This document shows positions 7,391 through 16,950 of a stretch of DNA of 59,472 bases, in pieces. The translations under genes and the position numbers were made by a program. Numbering within the stretch: position 1 is the first letter of the stretch; each line of letters begins with the position of its first letter. The notes under the pieces were generated by a model, which was not told where the DNA came from, searched no databases, and worked only from the letters and a program-made list of their open reading frames with translations. The DNA lies in NCBI GenBank assembly GCA_026396675.1, contig JAPLWI010000011.1:1-59472 (forward strand), read 5' to 3'. This stretch comes from Candidatus Kaiserbacteria bacterium (GTDB lineage Bacteria; Patescibacteriota; Minisyncoccia; Phycocordibacterales; Phycocordibacteraceae).

Positions 7391-8104
7391 ATGGGCCTCG
7401 TTGTCCCGGCCGTGCTTCTTTCCTCGAAGCAGGAGCTAGAGGAGAAGCTGGAACTTTTTTCTCGGATTTCTTCCATTACCCGAGTGCAGATTGACGTGGT
7501 CGATGGTCGTTTCGTTTCACCCACTTCATGGCCATACTCCGCCCCTCTGGAATTTTTAGAGATGATTAAGCATCGCGAAATGCTTCCGTACCTTGACCGT
7601 TTTGAATATGAAATTGATTTAATGTGTCTTGATGCTGAACAAGCGGCTGGAGCGTGGCTCGCTCTTGGCGCATCGCGCCTCATATTCCACGCTGAGAGTG
7701 CGACTGATCTACCACGACTTCTCGCATCAGCAAGGAAACGATATGGTGGCGGCGAATTTTCATCACTTGTTTCCTTCGGCATTGCTCTCAACATTGCAAG
7801 TGATCTCGCGCTTATTGAACCGTGTTTGGGTCAGATAGATTTCATACAATGTATGGGCATCGCGCAGATCGGACGACAAGGACAACCATTCGACAGACGC
7901 GTATTTGAGAAAGTACATGTACTTCGCAATCGTCATCCCGAAATTCCAATTCAAGTTGATGGCGGCATCTCGCTCGAAAACGCGCATGAGCTCGTTGCAC
8001 TAGGTGTTTCAAATCTCGTAATCGGTTCCGGTATTCTTCGCGCAAGCGATTCAATTACTGCAGTCGCGGCGTTTGAGGAACTTCAGAGTCCATACGGAGT
8101 TTGA
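7391..8104 (+). CDS. rpe: Ribulose-phosphate 3-epimerase family protein (divergent)
   Basis: VQIDVVDGRFV, LIFHAES, IQVDGGISLENAHELVALGVSNLVIGSGIL. Located within a pentose-phosphate gene cluster. Confidence 0.7.
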   Translation: MGLVVPAVLLSSKQELEEKLELFSRISSITRVQIDVVDGRFVSPTSWPYSAPLEFLEMIKHREMLPYLDRFEYEIDLMCLDAEQAAGAWLALGASRLIFHAESATDLPRLLASARKRYGGGEFSSLVSFGIALNIASDLALIEPCLGQIDFIQCMGIAQIGRQGQPFDRRVFEKVHVLRNRHPEIPIQVDGGISLENAHELVALGVSNLVIGSGILRASDSITAVAAFEELQSPYGV

Positions 8105-8121
8105 TAAGGTATAATCTGAAA

Positions 8122-8994
8122 ATGCCGCCTGCGGATGCGAAAATAAAAGAACTTAAAGAAAAAGCGAGATTAATTCGCGAGACGGTTATTCGAATGCTCA
8201 CAACAGCAGGCAGTGGGCACACTGCCGGTTCCTTGGGCATGGCGGATATTTTTGCCGCATTCTATTTTCATATTTTAAAGCATGATCCGAAGAATCCGGA
8301 GTGGGAAGAACGCGACCGACTTATCCTTTCAAACGGACACATTTGTCCTGCATTGTATGCAGCGATGGCACACTCCGGTTATTTTCCTGTTGAAGAATGT
8401 TTAACTCTGTGTAAATTTGGCAGTCGGCTCCAAGGACATCCAGAACGCCTACGATTGCCCGGTATTGAAACAACTTCTGGGCCGCTCGGTGAAGGTCTCT
8501 CGCAAGCCGCCGGTATGGCGCTTGCGCTCCGTATGGGTATATGTCGAACACTCGGTGTTGAACACGCATGTCAAACACCGAGTGTTCGACACGAAAAACG
8601 AATTTATTGCGTGATGAGTGACGGCGAACAAGATGAGGGGAATACTTGGGAAGCAGTGATGTTCGCTGGGAAAAATAAATTGTCGAACCTTACGGCGATT
8701 ATTGATCGCAATGGTATTCAAATAGATGGAATGACTGAAGAGGTAATGCCACTAGAGCCGCTCGCGGACAAGTACCGCGCATTCAACTGGAATGTGCTTG
8801 AAGTGGACGGCAATGATATCTCCGCATTTGTCGTTGCGGTTGATGAGGCAAAAGCAAGTGAGAAACCGACTCTAATTATTGCGCACACCATTCCTGGCAA
8901 AGGCGTGCAAGAAATTGAGAATGATTATCACTGGCACGGGAAAGTTCCGACAAAAGAAGAATGCGAGCGGTTTATTAAATATTTAAACATTTAA
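8122..8994 (+). CDS. tkt: Transketolase, N-terminal (ThDP-binding) subunit, carrying an in-frame REP doublet
   Basis: TTAGSGHTAGSLGMADIFAAFYF, LILSNGHICPALYA, SDGEQDEGNTWEA. ATG 8122 is preferred over the TTG at 8101. Confidence 0.92.
   Translation: MPPADAKIKELKEKARLIRETVIRMLTTAGSGHTAGSLGMADIFAAFYFHILKHDPKNPEWEERDRLILSNGHICPALYAAMAHSGYFPVEECLTLCKFGSRLQGHPERLRLPGIETTSGPLGEGLSQAAGMALALRMGICRTLGVEHACQTPSVRHEKRIYCVMSDGEQDEGNTWEAVMFAGKNKLSNLTAIIDRNGIQIDGMTEEVMPLEPLADKYRAFNWNVLEVDGNDISAFVVAVDEAKASEKPTLIIAHTIPGKGVQEIENDYHWHGKVPTKEECERFIKYLNI
8541..8592. repeat. Inverted REP doublet inserted in frame in tktN
   Basis: TGTCGAACACTCGGTGTTGAACA (8542-8564) and TGTCAAACACCGAGTGTTCGACA (8569-8591). Same unit as at the RAYT locus. 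Confidence 0.85.
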
Positions 8995-8996
8995 AT

Positions 8997-9995
8997 ATGA
9001 TAAATCCTGACGCAAAACTAAACGCAAAAGTGTTTGCGGATGATATTGAAAAAACGCCAGTGCGCAACGGTTTCGGAACGGGCATCGTGGAAGCAGGAAA
9101 GGCAGACCCACGTGTTGTCGTGCTCTGTGCTGATCTTGCAGAGAGCACGCGTGCGGAATCATTTAAAAAAATATTTCCCGAACGATTTATTGAAATGGGT
9201 GTCGCCGAACAGAATATGGCGACAGTCGCCGCCGGCATGGCAGCCGCAGGAAAAATTCCTTTCATCACATCGTACGCAGTATTTTCTCCAGGCCGTAATT
9301 ACGAACAAATTCGCACAACCATCGCGCTCAATAAAATGTCGGTAAAAATATGTGGCATGCATGCAGGCGTTTCTGTTGGCGCTGACGGAGCGACGCACCA
9401 AATGTTGGAAGACATCGGAATGATGCGGACACTTCCGGGAATGGCAGTTATTGTTCCTTGTGATGCGGAAGAAGCAAGAAAAGCAGTCATCGTAGCAGCG
9501 AAGACAGACGGTCCTGTTTATATTCGCTTTGGACGCTCTGCAACACCGGTCTTCACAACATCAGAGACCCCTTTTCAGATAGGAAAATCTTTAACGTTGT
9601 GGGATTCAAATCCGTCAGCTGGTGGACCAAAAGTCGCAATTCTTTCAACCGGTTCATTAAGTTATGCTGCCCTAGCGGCAGCGAACGAGCTCTCAAAAAA
9701 TGGCGTAGAATCAATCGTTTTGCACATTTCAACTATCAAACCATTGGATGAAGAAGCAGTACTTAATGCGGCAAAACGTGCTGGTCGCATTGTCACTGTT
9801 GAAGAACACCAAGTTGCCGGCGGTTTCGGGAGTGCCATCGCCGAATTTCTTTCAGAGACATATCCTGTTCCGATAAAAAGAATCGGCGTCCTCGATCAGT
9901 TCGGTCAATCCGGTTCTCCAGAAGAGCTGTTGGCGCATTATGGGCTAGACGCTCTCCACATAGCGGATACCATACGTGCGTTTGTGCTTATATAA
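8997..9995 (+). CDS. tkt: Transketolase, C-terminal (pyrimidine-binding) subunit
   Basis: FIEMGVAEQNMATVAAGMAAAGKIPF, GADGATHQMLEDIGMMRTLPGM. Confidence 0.93.
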   Translation: MINPDAKLNAKVFADDIEKTPVRNGFGTGIVEAGKADPRVVVLCADLAESTRAESFKKIFPERFIEMGVAEQNMATVAAGMAAAGKIPFITSYAVFSPGRNYEQIRTTIALNKMSVKICGMHAGVSVGADGATHQMLEDIGMMRTLPGMAVIVPCDAEEARKAVIVAAKTDGPVYIRFGRSATPVFTTSETPFQIGKSLTLWDSNPSAGGPKVAILSTGSLSYAALAAANELSKNGVESIVLHISTIKPLDEEAVLNAAKRAGRIVTVEEHQVAGGFGSAIAEFLSETYPVPIKRIGVLDQFGQSGSPEELLAHYGLDALHIADTIRAFVLI

Positions 9996-10106
9996 TAAAT
10001 AATATGAAGGGACGAATAAATTTTTATTTTTCAATGTTACTCGTTGCTATTATGGGCGCTGGTGCAACATTACTCATAATGCATGTTGCAAACGCAAATT
10101 CATTCT

Positions 10107-11090
10107 CTACAATAACTCAACGCGAAATTCTGCAGGAGCTTCGGTGAGAAATTTTTCAAGTGTCTTGCGCGTGAGGAGACCTTTCTGCGCGCCAATTTCC
10201 TGCACGACAGACATCGCATTTATCGGTCCCCAGAGAAGCGCTTCATCAAGCGATTTGCCGAGCGCGAGTGCTGCGACAATTGACGAAGTTGATGCATCGC
10301 CAGCGCCAGTGCGATCTAGTGGCGGTTTCGGATCCGGATACATAGGCACTTTAAATATTTTTTCGCCGTTGCTGGCATAAGCGCCATTAACACCGTCCGT
10401 GATGAGAACTATCTTCGGACCGAGTGCATGCATTTTTTCAAGAAGCGTTTTTATATCCGTTTCTCCAACTACAAGGATGCGCTCCGCCTCTTCTTTATTA
10501 CATGCAATAAGTTCTGTTCTGGTATAAAGAGCACTGAGTTTTTCCTTTCCCATTTCCATCTGGAACGTGCCGGGCTGGAAGGCGAGTTTCGTCTCAGGAT
10601 GTGCGGCAAGCCACTCCGTTAGTTCGGCATGAAATGATTCAGAATTTTTGCCGATTGAAGAAAGATATATCCATTTCGGCGGTTTAAATTCTTTAGGAAT
10701 GATATATGGATAATCCTCATGTCGGATAAGAATAGTACGGTCTGATTCATACCAAAGTACGAAATGATGATTTGTAGGGATGTTATCATTTACGGCGACA
10801 TATTTTGTATCAACTCCTTCGCGCATGAATGTCGCAAGAATCTCTTTACCAAAATAATCATTACCAACATTTGAGACGAATCCAGAGGAGAGACCAAGAC
10901 GTGCGGCGGCGACCGCCGCGTTAGCTGCATTTCCAACAGCAGGTACGGACACAACAAAATCGTAGGGAATTTTGTCGCCCCACGGCATAGAAATAGTGCA
11001 GTTCGTATTATTATTGTCGCAATTAATCTGTGCTTCTTTGAGCCGAATAAATTCATCAACTGTTGTGTCGCCGATAGCAATAAAGTCCAT
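10107..11090 (-). CDS. PfkB-family carbohydrate kinase (ribokinase/phosphofructokinase-like)
   Basis: GNAANAAVAAARLGL and DRTGAGDASTSSIVAAL (PfkB signatures). Confidence 0.85.
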   Translation of the reverse strand: MDFIAIGDTTVDEFIRLKEAQINCDNNNTNCTISMPWGDKIPYDFVVSVPAVGNAANAAVAAARLGLSSGFVSNVGNDYFGKEILATFMREGVDTKYVAVNDNIPTNHHFVLWYESDRTILIRHEDYPYIIPKEFKPPKWIYLSSIGKNSESFHAELTEWLAAHPETKLAFQPGTFQMEMGKEKLSALYTRTELIACNKEEAERILVVGETDIKTLLEKMHALGPKIVLITDGVNGAYASNGEKIFKVPMYPDPKPPLDRTGAGDASTSSIVAALALGKSLDEALLWGPINAMSVVQEIGAQKGLLTRKTLEKFLTEAPAEFRVELL

Positions 11091-11123
11091 CCGACAATTC
11101 TAACACGTGTTAACATTAGTTTT

Positions 11124-12122
11124 ATGACTGATCTTGTCGCAACGGCTCGTTCACTTTTCGCACCAGGTAAAGGAATCCTTGCCGCTGATGAAAGTGTGCA
11201 TACCGCAACAGAGCGTCTTGCTGCACATAACATCACCACGAGCGCGGAGATGCGCCGGCAGTATCGCGATCTCTTCATCGGTACTATCGGCATCGAGCAG
11301 TATTTATCGGGCGTTATACTTTTCTCTGAAACGCTTCTAGAAAAAGGGAATGATAAAAAATTATTTTCTGCATCGCTCACAAAGCGAGGCATCATGACTG
11401 GCGTGAAAGTTGATCTCGGAACTGAACCATTCCCAGCGAGCCAGCACGAACTCATTACGCAAGGGCTTCTCGATCTACCAGAGCGCATCGCCAAATATAA
11501 GAAACAAGGAGCCGTCTTTACTAAATGGCGCACAGTTTTTTGCATTGACGGCGGTACACTCCCATCTGCACAAGCGATACACGAGAACGCGAAACGACTC
11601 GCAAGTTATGCGAAGGACTCGCAAACTGCAGGTCTCGTTCCTATTCTAGAGTCGGAAGTTTTGTTCAAAGGGAAACACAGCCGCACTCGTGCTCGCACGG
11701 TTATTGAAGAAACGTTACAAACGTTATTTTCTGTACTCGACGAACACGCAGTTGATCGTGCAAGCATCATTTTGAAGACATCCATGGCGCTTTCAGGAGA
11801 TGCGAACGAGAAGAAAGATTTACCAGAAGAAGTTGCCGAGGACACACTCGCGGCGTTGTTAAAAAGTGTACCGCGACAGATAGCGGGTATTGTTTTTCTT
11901 TCAGGTGGACAGACGCCTGATCAGGCGACCGACAATTTGTCTGCAATTTGTCAGTTGTCCAAAAAGGATGGAGGAACTACTCCGTGGCCGATTTCGTTTT
12001 CATTCGCACGGGCACTTCAAGAAGAAGCGCTTTCTTCCTGGAAAGGGAAGGAAGAAAATATTTCTGTCGCTCGCGCGGCATTTCTCGCGCGTCTCGCGAA
12101 GGTTTCCGCCGTACTCATATAA
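11124..12122 (+). CDS. fba: Fructose-bisphosphate aldolase, class I
   Basis: LFAPGKGILAADESVHTATERL is the hallmark class I aldolase N-terminus. Length is about 330 aa. Confidence 0.9.
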   Translation: MTDLVATARSLFAPGKGILAADESVHTATERLAAHNITTSAEMRRQYRDLFIGTIGIEQYLSGVILFSETLLEKGNDKKLFSASLTKRGIMTGVKVDLGTEPFPASQHELITQGLLDLPERIAKYKKQGAVFTKWRTVFCIDGGTLPSAQAIHENAKRLASYAKDSQTAGLVPILESEVLFKGKHSRTRARTVIEETLQTLFSVLDEHAVDRASIILKTSMALSGDANEKKDLPEEVAEDTLAALLKSVPRQIAGIVFLSGGQTPDQATDNLSAICQLSKKDGGTTPWPISFSFARALQEEALSSWKGKEENISVARAAFLARLAKVSAVLI

Positions 12123-12159
12123 TTGCTTTCTTTCACGCTTTCCCGTATATTCAAACATC

Positions 12160-12798
12160 ATGCTTACTCTTACGGTAGAAAAGAGGAAAGACGGCGGCAA
12201 GAGCGCCGCTGAGCTACGCCGCGCTGGATTTATTCCTGCGGTAGTTTATGGCGCACATCACGCTGCTACACCGATCTCCATGCAGGCACGCGCGTTTGAA
12301 AAAGTTTTGAAAGAGGCCGGCGAAGCGACAATCGTTTCGCTCACAGGTCTCGGTACACCACTCCCAACGCTCATACATGAGGTTAATTTCGATCCAATCA
12401 CGAATCAACCACGTCATGTTGATTTCTATGCGGTAACCAAGGGCGAAAAAGTTGAAGTAGCAATTCCTCTCTCATTTGTCGGCGAATCACCGGCAGTGGA
12501 GGCAGGAGCGAATCTTGTGAAGGTTCTCCACGAACTTGAGGTTGAGGCAGATCCAATGAATCTTCCGCATGCCATTGAAGTTGATATCTCCGTGCTGAAA
12601 GAGATTGATGACCAAATTCACGCGAAGGATCTAAAACTCCCTTCTGGGGCCGCACTCATCACTGAACCAGATGATGTGGTCGCGCTCATACAAGAAGTTG
12701 TTATTGAAAAGGAAGAATTGCCGGCACCGGCAGATATCGGCTCAATTGAAGTAGAAAAGAAAGGCAAAGAGGAAACGGAAGAAACACCGGAGGCGTGA
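12160..12798 (+). CDS. rplY: 50S ribosomal protein L25/Ctc
   Basis: MLTLTVEKRKDGGKSAAELRRAGFIPAVVYG..., with an acidic C-terminal tail. The upstream part of ORF 11890 overlaps fba and was discarded. Confidence 0.9.
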   Translation: MLTLTVEKRKDGGKSAAELRRAGFIPAVVYGAHHAATPISMQARAFEKVLKEAGEATIVSLTGLGTPLPTLIHEVNFDPITNQPRHVDFYAVTKGEKVEVAIPLSFVGESPAVEAGANLVKVLHELEVEADPMNLPHAIEVDISVLKEIDDQIHAKDLKLPSGAALITEPDDVVALIQEVVIEKEELPAPADIGSIEVEKKGKEETEETPEA

Positions 12799-12813
12799 TA
12801 AAATAAACTGGCA

Positions 12814-14088
12814 ATGCGTCAGTTTATTTTTCTTGTTTTCTGGTGCGCACTTATCGGCGCACCTTCTGTTGTACTTGCGCAGAGTGTGGCGCAGGCGGCC
12901 ACCAATTACGAACAGCAATTACGGGATAAACTAGCAGATGTTGAGAACCAGATTGCCGCTCAGCAACAATTGTTGAATGGCGATATCGGCGTGCATAATA
13001 AAACGCTTTCTTCGCTTTCTGGGCAATTATCGGCAGAAAAAGAATCGCTCGCTCAGATTCTCCGACAGACCCAAGTGCTTGATGACTACTCTGTCGTCAG
13101 TGTTGCACTCGGCTCCCAGAGCGTCTCTGGTTTCTTCAGTGATCTTGACGCTTTTACTTCTATAAAAAGTTCACTTGCAAAATCATTTGCTCATATTCAA
13201 CAAACAAGCGTTTCAACCGAAGCAGAGAAGGAAACACTCCAAGCACGACTCGCGGAACAAGAACAGTTGCGCACCGTTGCACAGCTCGCCAAGCAGCAGG
13301 TTCAAGCACAAGAACAAGATAAACAGAAACTTCTGACGCAGACTAAAGGCGTTGAAGCAAATTATCAGAAAATGATTGCGACGAACCAGAAGACCGCGGC
13401 ACAGATTCGCTCAGAACTCTTCACCCTGCGAGATTCGGCGGCGATACCGTTCGGCACTGCGCTGACCTATGCTGAAGCGGCTGAGAAGGCGACCGGCACA
13501 CGCGCAGCAGTAACGCTCGGAGTTTTGAAACAAGAGACGAACCTCGGCGAAAATCTCGGCACAGGGTCGTGGCGCGTTGATATGTCGCCGACGCGCGACC
13601 AGCCGGTTTTCTCCTATATCACACAAACGCTCGGTCTCGACCCTGACAAAATGCCGGTCTCTCGGAAGCCGTCGTATGGTTGGGGCGGCGCGATGGGGCC
13701 TGGACAATTCATTCCTTCAACTTGGGTTTGTTATGGCGGATTCGTGAACACAAATACCGGAACCTGTTCTCCGCCATCTGGCGCAGGCAGTTCATTCTGG
13801 CAAGGTCCATGGCAATACTCTTCTAGTAAAGACCGTGTGCGAAAACTACTCGGCGCATCCTCGCCGAGTAATCCATGGACAGCACAAGTCGCGATTATGG
13901 CGACCGCGATGCTTATGGCGGACAACGGCGCGTCTGCACAAACGCCTTCTGCCGAACGGCTCGCGGCACTCCGCTACTTCGCCGGATGGACGCATGCGAA
14001 CAATCCCGCTTACGCATTCTACGGTGACGGTGTAATGGAATTCGCCGCCGGATTCCAGCAGGATATAAATCAACTGGGTGGGCCATAA
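12814..14088 (+). CDS. Secreted coiled-coil protein with a C-terminal lytic-transglycosylase-like domain
   Basis: Signal peptide ...APSVVLAQS, a long Q/E/K/L-rich coiled coil, and GAMGPGQFIPSTW (the G.MQF.P.TW-type transglycosylase motif). Confidence 0.65.
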   Translation: MRQFIFLVFWCALIGAPSVVLAQSVAQAATNYEQQLRDKLADVENQIAAQQQLLNGDIGVHNKTLSSLSGQLSAEKESLAQILRQTQVLDDYSVVSVALGSQSVSGFFSDLDAFTSIKSSLAKSFAHIQQTSVSTEAEKETLQARLAEQEQLRTVAQLAKQQVQAQEQDKQKLLTQTKGVEANYQKMIATNQKTAAQIRSELFTLRDSAAIPFGTALTYAEAAEKATGTRAAVTLGVLKQETNLGENLGTGSWRVDMSPTRDQPVFSYITQTLGLDPDKMPVSRKPSYGWGGAMGPGQFIPSTWVCYGGFVNTNTGTCSPPSGAGSSFWQGPWQYSSSKDRVRKLLGASSPSNPWTAQVAIMATAMLMADNGASAQTPSAERLAALRYFAGWTHANNPAYAFYGDGVMEFAAGFQQDINQLGGP

Positions 14089-14144
14089 ATATACACCGGT
14101 GTTATTTTTTTTAGCATCCGCGCGATGATACACTATATACACAT

Positions 14145-14729
14145 ATGAAACCCCATTATCTCCTTCCCATATTCGCCGTATTATTCACCGCCGCTGTCTC
14201 ATTTGGCTTGAATGCTCTTGCCTCAACCTTCTCTGAACCATCTGGTTCTCCAACCAGCTATAACGCTCCCGCGCCACTTGATACCAGTGCAAATGCAAAT
14301 GCAAAAGCAGGAGGCCTTCTCCTTAACAGCGGCGGTGCGGCCAACGGTCTCATCGTGCAATACGGCAAAGTCGGCATCGACAAAACAAACCCAGCATTTG
14401 CATTAGATGTGAGCGGAGCAGTCAACGGCACGCAACTCTGTATCAACGGAACTTGTTATTCGAGTTGGCCGGCAGGACCAACTGGCGCAACAGGTTCGGC
14501 AGGTGCCACGGGCGCAACTGGCGCAACTGGCGCTACGGGACCACAAGGACCAGCTGGGCCAACAAATGTTGGATACGCCATCTATTCCTGTCCTGCGACC
14601 TGTTATTCTCCCTATCAGGACTGGGTCACCCCATTCTTAAGTACCCAATCTTCTTGTTTTTGTAATGGTTGTGCATACGGACTGTATCAATGGTTTTCTT
14701 GCACTTATGTTGGCCACTTGGAACCATAA
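14145..14729 (+). CDS. Secreted protein with collagen-like G-x-T repeats and a Cys-rich C-terminus
   Basis: Signal peptide, then GPTGATGSAGATGATGATGATGPQGPAGPT. Confidence 0.7.
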   Translation: MKPHYLLPIFAVLFTAAVSFGLNALASTFSEPSGSPTSYNAPAPLDTSANANAKAGGLLLNSGGAANGLIVQYGKVGIDKTNPAFALDVSGAVNGTQLCINGTCYSSWPAGPTGATGSAGATGATGATGATGPQGPAGPTNVGYAIYSCPATCYSPYQDWVTPFLSTQSSCFCNGCAYGLYQWFSCTYVGHLEP

Positions 14730-14740
14730 AATATAATTGC

Positions 14741-15292
14741 ATGAAAGAAACAATCACCACCCTGTTAGTTCTAATCATCGGAATCACCATTGGTTTTGCA
14801 GGAGGTAAATATATCAACATCAAAGTAGCCGATTCTAGTTGTGAAGCGAAATTGGCAAAAGCTAAAGCGATGTTTCCTTCAGCACAAGATGTGAGAGGTG
14901 TTTCTGGGAAGATAAGTGGAATCAATGGAAATACAGTTACTATTGCGGTGAACGAAACCAGCCCATTTGATGATTCGCCGACCGCGAGGGAAGTGGTTGT
15001 CGGAGAAAATACTAAAATAGTAAAGATGGATTTTAAAGATCAGACAGTATTTAAACAAGAGTTGGAAGAATATCAGAAGATAACCAGTGCCCAAACCGAC
15101 AAGACCAAGATTCCGACCCCTCCAATACCTTTCACAGAGAAAGAAATCTCGCTTTCTGACTTAAAAGTCGGAGATCAGATCACCGTTGAAGCCGGAGAGA
15201 ATATCAAAACAGAGACAAAGTTCACAGCAACGAAAATAACACTTCAGGTTATTCCGGCTGTTTCTAAAACAGCTCCAGCAGCACCGAATTAA
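14741..15292 (+). CDS. Membrane-anchored hypothetical protein
   Basis: The N-terminal TM segment is TLLVLIIGITIGFAGG. ATG 14741 follows the stop of the upstream gene. No family was recognised. Confidence 0.6.
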   Translation: MKETITTLLVLIIGITIGFAGGKYINIKVADSSCEAKLAKAKAMFPSAQDVRGVSGKISGINGNTVTIAVNETSPFDDSPTAREVVVGENTKIVKMDFKDQTVFKQELEEYQKITSAQTDKTKIPTPPIPFTEKEISLSDLKVGDQITVEAGENIKTETKFTATKITLQVIPAVSKTAPAAPN

Positions 15293-15297
15293 CAAAT

Positions 15298-15639
15298 ATG
15301 AACATCATACCGCTACAGGAAATGATTAATCATACAAACCCTAGAGGGAAGTGGCGGGTATGGATTCTGTTTTCAATTGTGGTGATTATTGTTGGGTGGC
15401 TTGGAGTGGCGTGGTTCCTCGGTTTTTTCCCGTTCTCGTATAAAACAACTTTGCAGCAACAGGCCTATCAGAAAGTGTATGACTCGCTCACTGCGACCGG
15501 GACTTCCGAAACTATTCCGAACACGGTGCTAAAAGAACTTACTGCGACATCATCGAGCCCAACTCAATCAACAAAGTCATCGCAGGAAACGCCGACCATT
15601 ACTTCTTCTGTGCTGGATTCGCTCACTCCAAAAAGATAA
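15298..15639 (+). CDS. Membrane-anchored hypothetical protein with a Ser/Thr-rich tail
   Basis: The TM segment is VWILFSIVVIIVGWLGVAWFLGFF. Tightly packed within an operon-like array. Confidence 0.55.
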   Translation: MNIIPLQEMINHTNPRGKWRVWILFSIVVIIVGWLGVAWFLGFFPFSYKTTLQQQAYQKVYDSLTATGTSETIPNTVLKELTATSSSPTQSTKSSQETPTITSSVLDSLTPKR

Positions 15640-15640
15640 T

Positions 15641-16864
15641 ATGCCTTTATTATCTAAAACTTCTCGCATAATTCTTCTCGGACTGCTCGTACTTGCTGCC
15701 GGCACATTGTTTTTTGGCAAAGTATCTATTACGAAAGCCGATTCTACTTCTCTGCCGATAACCGGCTATGCGTGGTCTGATTATCTTGGCTGGATTCATT
15801 TCAACGGTAGCAATTACGGCGTGTATGAGGATTCTACAACCGGAAAACTTTCCGGCTATGCGTGGTCGCCATACTTCGGTTGGATAACATTCAACGAAAG
15901 CGAACTTAATGATTGTCCTTCCGGCTCTTGTCAGGCGAATATTTCTGGTAATGGCTCAGTAACCGGTTGGGCGCGTTCCTGTGCGTCTTTTTCTAATAAA
16001 AATGCCTGTAGCGGCTCTCTCGATTCTGGAAGCGGCGGATGGGACGGTTGGATTCACCTGTCTGGTTCAGGTTATAGCATTACTTCAGCAGCCAACAGTT
16101 GTTGGTCCGGATATGCCTACGGTTCGCAGGATATTGGTTTTATTAAATTTGCGGGCACTGCTGCTGACGGTTATGCCTATAGAGTCGGCGGTCCTTCTTG
16201 TGGCGATTGTACAAATGGCGCGAATAATTATCCGACCTGCAACACTTGTTCTGACCCGTTCGTGTGGGCCGGCTCCTCATCTTCCTGTGTCGCATGTAGT
16301 AATGGAGGATGCACTGGAGGCGTATGTAACAATGGCACAAACAATCCTCCAACCTGCACCATATTTGCGCCAGCCGCGACTCTATCTGCGAACCCATCAA
16401 CAATCGACAGCGGTCAATCAACAACTCTGATATGGAGTTCTACACATTCAACATCTTGCACAGCAGCTGGAGGATTTTCAACGGGCGGCGCTACTTCGGG
16501 TAGCGTCTCCAGTGGTCCTCTCACACAGAATCCATCAATCTTCCAAATCACCTGCTCGAATTCGGACAACACATCTCAACCGGCTTCTGCCACCGTTACG
16601 GTTCTTTCTCCGGATGCGACCATCAGTGCAACCCCTTCTCGCGTCAATTCTGGCGATACCTCCATAATTTCTTGGAGTTCATCAGATGCAAATAGTTGTG
16701 CAGTTACGAGAAACGGTATTGCGTGGAAGACCGGTCTTAGTTCTTCAGGTATATCCGACACCATTACTTCGCAGACCGTCTACACTATCACCTGTCAAAC
16801 CAATGGCACCCCGATAAATAAATCAGTTACGGTAAACATCCTTTCTGGCTTCCAAGAATTCTAA
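15641..16864 (+). CDS. Secreted surface protein with YAWS..GWI.F repeats, a Cys-rich region, two Ig-like modules and a C-terminal FQEF
   Basis: GYAWSDYLGWIHFN and GYAWSPYFGWITFN repeats. The C-terminal roughly 160 aa are paralogous to the end of 20378-22102. Confidence 0.7.
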   Translation: MPLLSKTSRIILLGLLVLAAGTLFFGKVSITKADSTSLPITGYAWSDYLGWIHFNGSNYGVYEDSTTGKLSGYAWSPYFGWITFNESELNDCPSGSCQANISGNGSVTGWARSCASFSNKNACSGSLDSGSGGWDGWIHLSGSGYSITSAANSCWSGYAYGSQDIGFIKFAGTAADGYAYRVGGPSCGDCTNGANNYPTCNTCSDPFVWAGSSSSCVACSNGGCTGGVCNNGTNNPPTCTIFAPAATLSANPSTIDSGQSTTLIWSSTHSTSCTAAGGFSTGGATSGSVSSGPLTQNPSIFQITCSNSDNTSQPASATVTVLSPDATISATPSRVNSGDTSIISWSSSDANSCAVTRNGIAWKTGLSSSGISDTITSQTVYTITCQTNGTPINKSVTVNILSGFQEF

Positions 16865-16870
16865 GTCCGC

Positions 16871-16898
16871 TTGACAATTATATATTATAGTATATTCT
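16871..16898 (+). promoter_or_regulatory. Candidate promoter
   Basis: TTGACA-N16-TATTCT in an A+T-rich spacer. A strong SD (AAAGGAGG) lies before ATG 16951. Confidence 0.35.
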
Positions 16899-16950
16899 TT
16901 CTTTCAGAAAAGGTAAGACGGTTGTCTCGCCAAAAAAAGGAGGATTATCT

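Noticed and set aside
10004-10147. 47-codon ORF (MKGRINFYFSMLLVAIMGAGATLLIMHVANANSF...) after tktC, predicted single TM
   Set aside because: It is plausible as a small membrane protein, but there is no clear SD and its 3' end overlaps the convergent pfkB 3' end. The support is too weak to list it as a feature.
10790-11545. 251-codon minus-strand ORF overlapping the pfkB 5' end and running antisense to fba
   Set aside because: It crosses the pfkB/fba divergent spacer, is out of frame with pfkB and is antisense to a well-conserved aldolase. It is Arg/Ser/Leu-rich with no recognisable motif.
11890-12159. N-terminal 90-codon extension of the L25 ORF
   Set aside because: It overlaps the 3' end of fba in another frame. 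The canonical L25 N-terminus (MLTLTVEKR...) starts at 12160.
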